From positions 17,670,001 through 17,734,000 of the forward strand of contig NC_088803.1 in NCBI RefSeq assembly GCF_011386835.1: a stretch of 64,000 nucleotides of DNA, written 5' to 3'. A program made the translations under genes and the position numbers. The notes below the pieces were generated by a model that was not told the origin of the DNA, did no database searches, and worked only from the letters and a program-made list of their open reading frames with translations. How positions within the stretch are numbered: position 1 is the stretch's first letter; each line of letters begins with the position of its first letter. Positions 47,401-60,300 of the stretch are shown here, one piece after another. This stretch comes from Chrysemys picta bellii. Taxonomy: Eukaryota.

Positions 47401-49023
47401 ATCGGCGGGGAGCTCCGGCTCGGCAAGAAGATCCCAGGCTAGCTCGGTTCCCAAGACAGCAGTGGGGAGCTCTAGGATGGCGGCGATGCCCCGGTCCAGG
47501 AAGAAGCTGGGGGTGAAGACATCCTCTCGGTGCTCCTGGATGAAGCGAACCTGGAGAGGCGAGACGGGCACCGACAGGACCCAGAATGCCCTGAGCAGCT
47601 GCTGGCACCGGCTCTCCACCTCGGCCACCTGCCGGCAGGGCCCCGGAAGATGATGATAGCTGGGGCGCCCTGTCGAAGCTCCATGCTGACGTGGGGTCAA
47701 GGAGCTCCTTCACCACGTCCTTGACGATGACCCACCTGGGCAGAGGCTCGGCCGAGTACTCCCGGCTCACCAGCTGCCTCTGGAAGGCCCTCACAGCCAG
47801 GTGCTGGAGGAATGGTGCCATCTCCCCTGCCAAGCCGACAAAGCCCACCCCTTCATAGACCCGGATGAACCCGAACTCCTCCACCAGGGATGGCTCGGCA
47901 GCCAGGGCCTCCAGCAGGTCCTCTCGGCCCTCGTGATGCACCACGTAACGCTGGCACACTGAGCGAAATGCCGCTTCCCAGCCGCGCGGCTCCTCAGGGC
48001 TGGCCACTGTCAGGAAGGTCAGGATTCCCCAGTGGGGACAGGCCTGGAACCCGTAGCCGGCCTCCTCCAGGCGTCCCTTGAACTCTCGCCGCACGACCGG
48101 GCTCTCGTCCACATAGCGAAGGAAGAGGCCAGCAGAACCCCACGGCCTCTGCGGGGAGAGAGGAGAATGTCTGGGACCCGCCGGTGAGTCGGAGAGCCGG
48201 GAGGGGCCTGGCCCTGGGGGTTCGGGCACCCGACTGCCGTGGATTGTACAATGCGGGGGGGGGGGGGGTCAAGCTACATGGAGGGGTTAGATACCCTTGA
48301 GTCCTTCTGAGATACCTCAAATGGCGCTGGGCGGCTCAGCAGATGGCGTTCTCCCCCAACAGTCAGTGCTGGCCCCATTGCAACACCAGGGGGCGCTGTG
48401 CGACAGGGAGCAGGACTTCAGCAGGGGGCGCTCTCCCCCTAGCAGTCAGGGCTCTGGTGGCGATGCAGCATTTCAATATGGCTGGCCCTGGTGATTTGGG
48501 GAACTGGGGACACGCCCACCCCCCAGGAACCCAAGCAAGAGGTTGGCAGCTGCTGCCTTTGATGGCTCCCAGCCTGAGTCACACAGCTGGTGCTGGGGCA
48601 CGGCACCCACCCAGCTGCCTTCTGCCTGGGGTGGTGGGAGGCCAAGGGGGCTGCGAGTGTGGGGGGTCCCCAGCAGCAGGCGTCGCTGCTGGGCCTGACA
48701 GGGGCGAGGCACAAGGAACCATCGGATTGGCGCTCCAGGATCAGCCCAGGAGGTCAGTGGGGAAACTGAGGCAGGGCCATGCGTATTACTGTCAGTCTGG
48801 CTGTAAGTCAAGAGCACTGGAGTTGGGGCCGCATCAACTGTCACAGACCCCTGACCGTAACCCCCAGTGCCCCATGGCTGGAGAGACTCGGGGGGGTTAT
48901 CACTGCTCATGGGGGTCCCATTTCTGAGAAGCACTGGGGAGCGGGGCCTGTGCCGGAGAGGCCAAGGGGAGAGACGCTGCTGCAACCCACTGAACACAGA
49001 GGCCCCAGGTGCGAGCCCCAAAC

Positions 49024-49077
<54 letters not shown>

Positions 49078-51891
49078 GAGAAGTAAGCCGATATTCCTTC
49101 AGCGAGGCCTCCAGTTCTGGAAGTGGGAACTCGAGGAGAGAAGAGACAGACGGGTGATGTCTGTCCGTTACGCGGCACCTAGCTGGCGACAGAGGCTACG
49201 AAACACAAGGTATTTAGGATTCGCTGCTATCTTAGCTTCAAGGATGACCTAACACCTTTTTTCACTCGGCTTCATTAACCCGTGAGAACTCCCAGGCTTT
49301 TCTCTCCTGGAAGTCTCTATGGATGCCAGGGAAACAGGGAGCACACAGGTAAGTTCGTTTGGTTTTCAAGACATATTTTTGCTTTTCAGAAACTGCCCAT
49401 GGCAACGGCTTCAGTAAAAAGTTTCATTTTTGGCGGGGAAAAATTAGTTTTCAGAAACTGCTTCCAGCAAACCGGCTGCTTTTCAGTGACACCTCTGGAG
49501 GCTCAGCACAAATGTTCAGTTTACAAAACCTGCTGATGTTAAAACAAAATGGTAAAACAATGGCTATTAACCAGGATGTTCAGGGATGGTGTCCCTAGCC
49601 TCTGTTTGTCAGGGGCTGGGAATGGGCGACGGGATGGATCACTGGATGATTACCTGTTCTGTTCATTCCCTCTGGGGCACCTGGCATTGGCCACTGTCGG
49701 AAGACAAGCTACTGGGCTAGATGGACCTTTGGTCTGACCCAGTATGGCCGTTCTTGTGTTCTTACGTTCAGGTTTTGGTCAAAATTTTCAGTTTGGGGGG
49801 GGGGGGAATCCGTTTTGGGGAAAGAAAGACTTTCCGATTTTCCTAGGACTTAGAGAAAAGGAGGGTGGTGAAGCACTGGAATCGGTTACCTAGGGAAGTG
49901 GTGGAATCTCCATCCTTAGAGGTTTTTAAGGCCCGGCTTTACAAAGCCCTGGCTGGGATGATTTAGTTGGGGTTGTTCCTGCTTTGAGCAGGGGGCTGGA
50001 CTAGATGACCTCCTGAGGTCCCTTCCAACCCTGATAGTCTATGATTCTATGAAAAGATTCTGAATTTCCCTAACAAACCAGATATGATGGAGGGAAAATG
50101 TTTGCCACAATTTTATGGTTTATGGGCTTTTCTATGAAAAACTGAAATACATCAATTTCTCCAGGATGCTGTTCGGTTTGGAACAACTCTGGGTGGAGAA
50201 CTGCCGACCCGCTCTAGAGAGTGATATTGCTGTACCAAGTGGTTTAGGAGCCTAAAGACAGAGTGGCGCCTCATTGGCTTAGACTTGCTAAGGCCTGTCT
50301 AGGCACCTAAACCCCTTGCTACGTTCTGTCCCAGGCATCTAGTAGAGCTGGGTAGCAGAGGGAGGGGGGGATCCAGGGGCTACAGCAGAGATCCGTGGAG
50401 TATGAGGTGGCCCCCCCTTTACCTCTGGCGCCCCCTGCTGCTGCAGTGCCTCGCCATCCAGCTGCACAAGGTACAGCACTTTGCAGTGGAGATCCGGTAG
50501 GGCCGTGCCTGGCACCGTCAGCACCTTCCCCGGTTGGAGCTCCCCGCTGTGGCCTGCAGCTGCCAGCGCCCTCTCTGCCAGGGCCTGGACCTCCTGAGAG
50601 CACCACTCCAGCCCATCCGTCTCCAGCACCACCGGCAGCACCAGCACATCCATCTGTCCCCAACACAGAGCCAAGGAGCGTGAATAGACGCTCGGACCGG
50701 CTCCTTGGGGGCTCATCGCTCCCCCCCTCTGGGCCTGGGGGGCTCCAAACAAGTTGAGCCCTAGATAGACCGTCTTCCTACAGAGCAGCTGGGAGAGAAG
50801 GTGCTAAGGATAGAACCCAGGAGTCCTGGCTCCCAGCCCCCTCCCTGCTCTAACCACTAGACCCCACTCCCCTCCCACAGTCGGGAGAGAACCCAGGAGT
50901 CCTGGCTCCCAGCCCCCACTCTAACCAAGGCACTGACCTTCTGGCTGGTGAGGGACCCGCTGACCACCTGGGTGCGGACTCTCTCCTGGGCCCGGAGGAC
51001 ATTCCCCAGCAGCTCCTGCCGGTTCTTGCCAAGCGGCCACCGCTTGGCACATGCCCTATGGAAGGTGGCCACCAGGGCCCCATCAGCGGCCACCACAGAG
51101 ATACTGCTCACGGGGGCGGCAGGGCAGCCCCGGGCGAAGGTGTCGATGGCTTCAGCCATGGCCTCCACCAGCCACATGCTTTCCGAGTTCACACAGACGG
51201 CCACAGAGGTGACCTGCATCTGGGCTGCAGCCTCCAGGGTCAGCAGCACCGCCCCGGCTGCCAGTCCCTCGGCAGGGAGCAGACTTCCAGGCAGGCGTGA
51301 GGAGCCCCTCGCCGGCTCAACGCCCTCCGGGTCACCACGCTGGCCCCGCTGTCCGGGCCGGACTCACCACCCAGCCTCACCACGGCGCCCGCCCGGATCC
51401 CAGCGCCGTCTCCCTCCCCGAGGCATAGGCTGATCCCTGGGCACGGCCGGAAGAACCAGCCCACCGAGGGCACTGCCCTGCCCACCAGGATCAGCAGCTC
51501 ACTGATGGCCACTTTGGCAGCCAGCGCTGCCTCCCGGGGGCCAGAGAGGGCCAGGGTGCCAGCATCCCCCTGGCAGTGCCTGCTGGCCATCACCTGCCAG
51601 AGGGAGGGTGCCAGGACCTCCGAAAGCTGCTCCCACAGGTCCATCTCTGGCAGTGTAATGAACAAGGTCTCTGTGCATCAGGCTCCCGGGGCGGGGGGCT
51701 CCTTGTGGGCCCCGGTGGGTGGGTCTCAGCTCTGTCCTTGCCACAGGCCCCTCAGAGCACAGCTTGGCCCTCTCCCCTGCCTTGGCATCGCTGGTGGGGG
51801 GCAGGAGGCACCGCCCAGCTCTGCCCCCGAGGGCCACCGGCACACCAAGCTTGCTTGAGAGTCATCCCCAGATGGCCAAGACGGGTCCCAT
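44463..51891 (-). pseudogene. PARP14/PARP9-like macro-KH-WWE-ART gene, right copy, disabled. Exons ~51891-50939, ~50652-50419, 48148-46717, 46200-46146, 45965-45435, 45150-45014, 44634-44463
   Basis: KH-like array (GEYLCGEGATLLQDLAQQLCCVVSL), WWE (VKWQHLALAGWHPFNVATNQWLETAY...AEIDL) and ART start (PHWEPM...LAEGSEEYQEVAKGF; IQKVQNRVLW.SY...NERLLYHGT). Lesions: TGA at 51862-51864; indels near 51690 and 51270; loss of the second macro exon; 11-bp deletion near 48125; two 1-bp homopolymer deletions (~47695, ~47640); final catalytic exon not found. Confidence 0.85.
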
Positions 51892-54027
51892 CGTGGCCCG
51901 GAGTGCCCAGCAGGTCGACAGCGCAACCCGCAACAGCGCAGAGGGGCCAGGAACGGCTCACGGCCCATGCCTGGTCTTGGAGCTCTGCTAGAGACAGCGC
52001 CGGGTGGTGGTTAGAGTGGGCACCAGCAGACTGGACTCCTGGGTTCTATCCCTGGCTCTGGGAGGAGAGTGGGGTCTAGTGGTTAGAGCGGGGGGGCACT
52101 GGGCACACGAGGAGAGATGTCCCCTCCACAGTGTGCTGGCCAGCCAGTGCCGCCCCTGCGCGGGGCCCAAAATGGGTGGCTGGTGCCAACCCCAGTGCTG
52201 TGTCTGGCCCTTGGCTGTGCCAGCAGCCCCAACAGATGATCCACTGCTCCATGGCCACCAATCCCCCTCCATCCCGGGCGCTCCCACCTACCTGCTGCAC
52301 CAGCCTCTGCCCTCACAGCCCCCTCTGCGGGCTCACACTCCTCCGACACCTCCTTGGCTCAGGCCCAGCTGGGCAGAGGAGCTGCCAGGGCAGATTGAAA
52401 CCTCCCTGGATGCCCGGCTGGGGAGTGAAGGTTCCCCCGCCCGGGTTTCACTTTCCATTCCTCCCCAGTGCCAGTGAGTTTCATGCTCGTAGGTGGGGCA
52501 GAGTGGCTTTGGCCCCAGGAGAAGCCACACAGCTGAGGTGGAGCTGGAGAGGCCAGGGGCTCTGGGAAGCCAAGTGGAGGGATTGCCCGCTGGGCTGGGC
52601 ACATCCAGAGCAAACCTGGGCAACGGGCCCAATGGTGTAACTGAAATCTGTCTGCAGAGCGACTCACAAACGCCAGCCAGATCTCCTTGTGCTCGGGACT
52701 GAACGCTGATCTCCGCGCCCCCTTCCCCTCAACCCAGGGTCAATCTGGAGTCACTCCCAATAGCAGTGGGGACAGGGCTGGATTCTGCTCCCAGAACCCT
52801 GGGGTCAAGCCGGTGTCACGCCCTACCTGCAATGGGATTACTCCATTGGAGTCAATGGGGCCAGGTGCCCAGGTGTGGACTGTGGCCAGTGCAGCATTGC
52901 AGCCAGCAGGGTGATGCTGGTTTGCACCAGCAGCTGGCCAGCCGCGCGTACTGGGGGCTTTGGGGGGGGGGTTGCTCTGGGGGTGGGGGCAGAGAAGGAA
53001 GCTGGGGCAGCCAGATGGGGGGAAGTCAGCTGGGCAGTTGCAGGTGGATTGATGTGCCAGAGCTGGACCGGATTTATTGCCCCCAACCTGGGGGGGGGGT
53101 GAAGTGGGGGTCATCCTATCTCTTTGCAGTGTTGTATGCGGCTGTTCCGCATCCCAGCGCCGGACAAGCTATCCCTATGCAGTGTTATATGTGGCTGTCC
53201 CGCAGGGGCCCCATCCCAGAGCTGGCTGCATCTCAGAGGCAGGTGCCCCATCCTCTCTCCTGGGCTACATTCGCCATACCCACCACCCTCCACACCCAGC
53301 AGGCAGGACCCAAGGAGGGGGCTATCAGCCAGGCTCAGAGGGAGAATTTGGGGCCATTGGTGTCACTGGGATCTGGGGCAGCCCTCTAGCATTGCCCCCT
53401 CCTGGTATCATGTGTGGACCCACAGCAGCTGGACCCCAATACCTTAGAGGCCATCAGCCAGCGCCAGAGATTCATGTGGTATTACTCTAATGCAGGAGAG
53501 GAGAGCCCGTAGGTGTTAGGGGGAAATCAGTCCGTGTGGCCTGCGGAACTCACTGCTTCTTGTGTCTGGGATGGTGGAGGGGCAGGCTGCAGACCGTGTG
53601 TGGAAAGGGGCTACATTGAGCAGGAATCACAGCCCACCAACCCACCCTGAGTCCCCCACGCTGTCCCCTTACCTGGGCTTCCTGCGTGAGGGTGGTTCAC
53701 CCCATGCTGAAATGCAGCTAGCTCTGGGTTGGGGCAGCTGGGGAACAGCCGCACATAACACTGCACAGGGTGGCTCACCTGGCACTGAGATGCAGCTAGC
53801 TCTGGGTTGGGGCAGCTGGGGAACAGCTGCACATAACACCACATGGAGATTCCCCAGGTCAGGAATTGGAAGAGATGGTCTGGCTGGGTTCTGCCCGCTA
53901 ATTCAACTCCCGCTCCCTGCCACATGGGGCATTTCATTTGCTTCCCGAAAGCTCTTTGAGCCCTGTCTGAACTGCCCGCTGGGTGCAGCTTACATCTCCC
54001 TGGAATAAAGCTTCGCCAAGAGCCCCG

Positions 54028-54790
54028 CACTGGTGAGCGACCCTACCGCTGCGCCGACTGCGGCAAGGGCTTCAGCACTGGCTCCAACCTGGCGCAGCAC
54101 CGGCGCACGCACCAGCCTGATCGGCCTTACCTCTGCGCCCAATGGGAAGGGCTTTCCCGGCAGCTCGGAGCTGCTGCACCACTAGCGCTCCTACACCGGG
54201 GAGTGGCCCTGCCATTGCGGCATCTGCGGCCTGGCCTTCGCCCACAGCACGGTGCACCGGCGCCACCAGCGGGCCCCACCTGGAGGAGTCGCCCTACCGC
54301 TGCGGAGACTGCGGGCGCAGCTTCGCCCAGCGTTCTGACATGGTGGTGCACAGCCGCACCCACACTGGCGAGCGGCCCTACCGCTGCCCCGACTGCCCCA
54401 AGGTCTTCGCCCAAAGCTCCCACCTGGCCACCCACCGGCGCAGCCACACCAGCGAGCGCCCCTACCGCTGCCCTGACTGCCCCAAGGCCTTTGCCCAGAG
54501 CTCGGTCCTCACCGTGCACCGGCGCACCCACACTGACGAGCAGCCCTACGCCTGCGGCGAATGCAGCCGACGCTTCCACCGCAGCTCCAATCTTATCCGT
54601 CACCAGCGCACCCATACAGCCGAGTGCCCCTTCGCCTGCCCGCAGTGCGGCCGACGCTTCCATCGCCGCTCCAACATGGTGGTGCACCAGCACACCCACT
54701 CCCGGGACAAGGGGCTCTGCCCGCCGGCTGCCAGGGACGCTGCCCGCTGCGGGTCTTGGAGACAGAGAGCCCTAGCCCTGTGCCCACAGC
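54028..54790 (+). pseudogene. 5'-deleted, disabled copy of the C2H2 ZNF gene
   Basis: Matches 10680-11462 only. TGG>TAG at 54183-54185, frameshifts near 54140 and 54275, and finger residue changes (H.H>HTH, TGE>TDE/TSE). Confidence 0.9.
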
Positions 54791-56819
54791 CACAGGGACT
54801 ATATAGCCCTGCCCTGGCCTTAGAGCCCCGCTCGGATGCTGTGCTGTGCTCTCCTCTGCCCGTGCCAGGCGCTGCACCCCCAAAAGGCCCTCAATGAGGC
54901 AGGGCGAGCGGAAGGCTGGCAACGACCTGGCAGGGAGAGCGCTTGGCATGGCCCCTTCGCCCATCCGTGAGGCCCAGCCGCAGCAGCAGCAGCGAGACAA
55001 AGTAGGCTGGGAGCTCAGGGGCCGCGTTTGCACCTTGAGAGTGATTTGCCGGGGAACTGCCCCCTCCATCACTGGGCGCTGTTACAGCCAGACCATGCTG
55101 GAAGCCAGGTGCTAGCTCCACCACCAGATAGGGGCTGGCCACTGGGATCTTCGCCAGCTCCCTGCTCTGGAGTTCAGGGCCCAGCTACTGCTGGAAGGAG
55201 GATGAGGATGGTCTGCAGGCTGCATGTGGGGAGGAGGGGAAGCTGGGGCTGATGCTTCTGTTTTGAAATAAAGCATTTGTACCCTTTTGCAAGACAATCC
55301 CCATTTCCTCAGGGGCCCTCATCCCGCTGGGAAGCCGCCCTCCCCAATGGTAGGTGGTGTCCCACCCACACCTGGGCCATGCCCAGCCTGTCCCAGCATG
55401 CACTGTGAGCATAATGCTCTCCCCTGGTCTGTAGCGCCTAGGTGAGAGGAGGCAAGCTGAAAATCTTGGGGGAGGGGAAGAAAATAATCTGCGTGGGGGG
55501 GTAGCAGAAGGGCCCAGAGCTGGGGCAGTGTATGTGGGGGGGTGGTCTGTAGGGGCTTTATGGGCCAGCCTGAAATAGGCTGGATTAGCGAAACAGCCCC
55601 AGTCCTGATCTGGAGGAGCATAAATAACCAGACTGGGGCCATCTATACAGAATCTCGGGGACGGTTTCAGTGATCTGAACTGGGCTAGGAGTCCCTGTGG
55701 TCCATATGGGACTACATCGGCCCAAGCAGGGGGCTTTATAGATTCCAAGGCCAGAAGGGACCATTGTGATCTTCTAGGCTGACCTAGTATCTCACAGGCC
55801 AGAGAACCGTCCCAAACAATTCCTGGAGCGGGTCTTAAAACATCTGAGCGAGATTTAGAAATCATCAGCGATAGCGAATCCACCCGGTCCTTGGGACATT
55901 GTTCCTGTGGTTAATTACTCTCCTCATTAAAAAGCTACGCCTGATTGCATGGACCAGATTGGATTGGGATATATGGCCTGGCATATGTCCGTAGGGGTGA
56001 GATGGCTTTGTTCTGTAAGAGCCCACAAAGGGGTGCTGGTCAATATGGGATTATATGTCCTGTGTGGAGGGAGGTCAGATACAATAGGGTTTGGACTAGA
56101 ATGCTCTGAATTGGTTTGTGAACCCATATAAGGGGTTGGGGGGGAAGGATCCATATAGAATTACCTCCTGGTCTGTACTGGGATATATGACCTGGGGTAG
56201 AACAATCCAAACCTACAAAGCTATATTGCCCTGTTGTAAATATCTGTCACATCCAAAGGGGGAACAAGTGAAGGTCGCAAGGTCAATCACTGAAAACGTA
56301 GCCAGCGGCTCAATGCGGACTGTGTCACCCTACAGCCCTAAGAACAATGTCCACACCCCGGGCGCCCTGCCTTGTTCAGTTGCACGGGACAAACAGCAGG
56401 TCAATATCTTGGGTTGGCCTCCTTGGTCAGTGGGCGGCCCTGGGCCATATTCACAGACTGGTGAATGGGAACGGGGGGGTTATCCCATCTGACAGGTGGT
56501 TTGCATGGCTTTGTGGGGCAGCTGCAGGGTCCATACAGGTCTATATGGCCTATGGCAGGCTGTGAGGAGGATGCAAGGCCTATACAGGCTGTACTGCTCC
56601 TAGCAGGAAGCAAGGAGGATGCAGGGCCCATACAGGGCAGCTGTGCAGAGGGTTGTACAGCCCAGGAGGGCTGAGGGGGAGCAGACAGAGCAGGACCTCT
56701 CAGGCCCATCAGCTATTGGGAGGTTGCAAGCCCTATACAGCCCTGTATGGCTGGGGGGAGGGTGGGGGAGGATAGGAATTGGCTCACTTTTGGAGAGGTA
56801 TGAAATGTTTGCCATGGGG

Positions 56820-56907
56820 ATATATAAGCCTCCCAGACACTCTGGTCTTTACAAGTGACGGTGAGCAGGTGATGCAATTCGCGGCATGTGCCGCGGCGTA
56901 TGCAAAT
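56820..56907 (-). promoter_or_regulatory. Type-3 Pol III (H1/RPPH1-like) promoter, right copy, consensus-like
   Basis: On the minus strand: ATTTGCAT (56907-56900), an SPH-like motif, TCACCGTCACTTGTAAAG (56864-56847), a 19-bp spacer, then TTATATAT (56827-56820). Confidence 0.8.
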
Positions 56908-57328
56908 CGCAACCCTTCCACGTCTTCACGCAAAGTGGGGATCTAGGGGACGCGCGGCCGGCTCTATGACCTGGGGGGGTGGGGTTGTGCTGGTACATAC
57001 TGGGCTATATGGATCTTGGTAGGATGGTCTGTATAGGGCTATATGTCCTGGGTGGGTGCTGGTTCTTACACAGCTGTATGGATGGCAGTAGAATGGTCTG
57101 TATGGGGCTATATGGCCTCGGATGTGTGTGTACTGGTCCATACAGGCTGTATGGATTTCAGTAGGATGATCTGTATAGGGTTCTATAGCCTGGAGCGATG
57201 CTGGTCCATACAAGGCTGTATGGATGGCAGTAGAATGATCTATTTGGGGCTATATAGCTTGGGGATCACAGTCTGTGGATCCCTGCCTCCCTTCTCTCTG
57301 CTTGCCAGCCCCGCTTGTCACTCCCAGG

Positions 57329-60300
57329 GTGAGGCGGAAACAGAGGGCAGCCGAGGCGGGGGGCGCGGGCCTGACACTGGAGCTGCGCTGGGAGTGGCAG
57401 GACTCCGGCGGCACCTGGCATCGCTTCGTGCCTGAGCAGAGCGAGGTGCTGACACAGGCGGCCAGGTGAGTGCCCTGGGGGCGGGGGGAGTGTCGTGGCT
57501 CGGGCTATGGTGGGGGAGTCACAGGCTCTGAGCCGTGTCCATCTACCCCCAGGGCAGGGAAGCCCAGCGTGGCTGTGGGTTCCCGCGTGGACCTGCGGCG
57601 GATGGTGCAGTGGGATGGACAGATGGGGCAGGACAGATGTGTGGCAGCCGCTTTCCAGGACCAGGACTCCTGTGAGTGCCCAGGGGGGAGCAGTGTCGTC
57701 CTGGATGCCTGGGTCCCACCCCTGTCTTGATCACTCCCCCGAATTATGGGGCCCCCTAGGGGTCAGCACCCTGCTGTGCTGCTCGGACACCTGTGTCCTA
57801 TGCCCAGTCGCCGTCACTGCCCCAGAGGCTGGGAGCTGTGGGGCCCCCGGGGGTGAACGCCCTGCTCAGCCACCTGGACACCTGGGTCCGATGCCCCATC
57901 ACCATCACTGCCCCAGAGGCTGGGAGCTGCAGGGTTAGCGCTGGCAGGGAGCTAACAGGATGCCCGCGGCCCAGATTTTGTGTGGTGCTGGCAGGGGGAC
58001 GAAGAGGGGCAGTGGCTGCCCTACCCTGCCGATACCTGCCTGGCGCTGGAGCGAGCGTGGCGTGGCGACGGGGGTCCCAGCCTAGAGGTGACGTTCAGCC
58101 GGACCCGCTACATATTGGACACGGCACAGATGACCCAGACCAACATCAGAACTGGGTACCAGCGCCGGATGGAGCGGAGGGAGTCAGGTACTCCTGGATT
58201 CTCTCCCTGGCTTTGTGAGGGGAGTGGGGCCTAGTGCGTAAAGCGGGCTCTGTGGGAAGCTGGGGGAAGGGGTTCAGGCTCCCAGGGCCCAGCTCCGGTT
58301 GGTGAGCAGGTCTCGGGCACCTGGGGCGGGGCAGGCCTTGCTGCCAGAGTGTAAGCTCGTTAGTCATTAATCATCCCCCAGGGAGCTGGGAGGAGAATCG
58401 GACGCCAGGCACAGCTGGGTCACAGCGACCACGCACAGGGTGGCTTGCCTGGTGCTGAGATGCGGCCATCTCTGGGGTGTGGCACCCTCCCCTCCCCCTC
58501 TGACCCGTGGCCTCTCTCCACAGACGCTGTGGATGATGATGGGGGATCTGAGCCCAGCTCCATCCCTGGCTCCTCGTCCCCCCAACGGCCCCAGCGCCGA
58601 AGAGACCCCGGGATGCGGGGGCCAGCCCCAACCCCAGAGCCAGGGGAGAGACCACAGGTGAGGGGTGGCGAACTACAGCACCCGTGGTCTGCCGGCCTCT
58701 CTCTGCCAGCTGTTTGTTCCAGCCCTGGTTTTCTGGCTCTGCCCCCTTCCAATAGATTAGTATCTAAAACAGGGGCGGGCAAACTTTTTGGCCTGAGGGC
58801 CACATCAGGTTTGTAAATTGTATGGAGGGCCGGTTAGGGGAAGGGGTCATGGCCTGGCCCCCACCTCCTATCTGCCCCCCCACCCCCCAGACTCCTGCCC
58901 CATCCAACCTCCCCTGTTCCCTGACGGACCCCCTGGAACCCCTGCCCCATCCATACACCCCTGTCCCCTGACCGCCCCCAGACCCCCGCTGCCTCATGCA
59001 ACCCCTCCTCTCATTCCTGATGGCCCCCCTGGGACTCCTGCCCCATCCACCCACCCCTTCTTCCTGTCCCCTTACTGCCCCTGGAACGCCTGCCACTGAC
59101 TGCCTCCGACTACCCCCTGCCGCCCCATCCAGCACCCCTCCCTGACTGCCCCCCTCAGGACCCCGCCCCCATTCAACCCCCTATTCCCCCCCCACCCCCT
59201 GACCACCACCCTGAACTCCTCTGCCCTCTATCCAACTTCACCTGCCCCCATACCGCGCTGCCTGGAGCATCGGTGGCTGGCGGTGCTACAGCCACGCCGC
59301 CGCCACTGCGCAGCACAGAGACCAGGTCAGGCCAGGCTCTGCAGCTGCGCTGCCCCAGGAGCTCACAGCTCTGCCGCCCAGAGCATTGTGCTGGTGGCGG
59401 AGCGAGCGAGCTGAGGCTTTGGGGGGAGAACAGTGGAGGAGGGGCTGGAGGCTAGCCTCCCCGGGCCAGGAGCTCGGGGGCCAGGCAGGACGGTCCCGTG
59501 GGCCGGATGTGGCCCGCGGGCCATAGTTTGCCCACCTCTGATCTAAAAGGTGTGCCCAGGAATCCTAGCTGCCCCTCCCCACCACACCACCCGCCTTGCT
59601 GCTCCTAGAGGAGTCACTTCACATTGGCTCGTGCTCAGCCTTATTCTGTGCAGCCGCCGAGCGATCCAGGGTGCCAGGCGCCACCTTGGCATCACTTCCG
59701 CCTCCGCCAGCCGGCGTCGCCGACAAAAACATCCTGGCTACAACGATTCCCCAGCGGCGACGATGTGTGGGGATCTATCAGTTAGCCAGTTTTTAATCCG
59801 TGTGTCAGGCACTTTGTCACTAGCCCACAGCACTCGGTTTTCAGTCGGGTCACACGGTGCCAAGTGGCACAGCATATAAAGTTCCCTGTATCAACGAAAC
59901 CCATAACGTCACCAACAGATGAGATCAGCTTTGTTTGTTTTCCGTGAAGCCTGCCTGGCCTTGCTGAAGTTCCTGTGCTTTAACCTGGGATTGCTTGAAT
60001 CTCGCGTCAGCTTTTGTGTTGTTCTTCCCGGGCTTTTCGTCAGGCTAACTGGCCTAAAGCTACACACTTGCGCCGCACTCATCCGCTCTTCAGAAATGTT
60101 CCCTCTATCCCGGGGTTGATTTCAGATGAATGCCAGCAGGTCAGAGATAATCTCAGCCAGCTCTTTTGCGACTCGGGGCTGCGAGTTAGGCAGCCAAGCT
60201 GATTTGGAAACGGGTGTGATTTATAAGCGCCTTCCCTATCCTGCGCTAGGAGTGCGTGACGTCGGCCTTGGACGCTGCTGGCTCCTCGTGGCTGCCTGAG

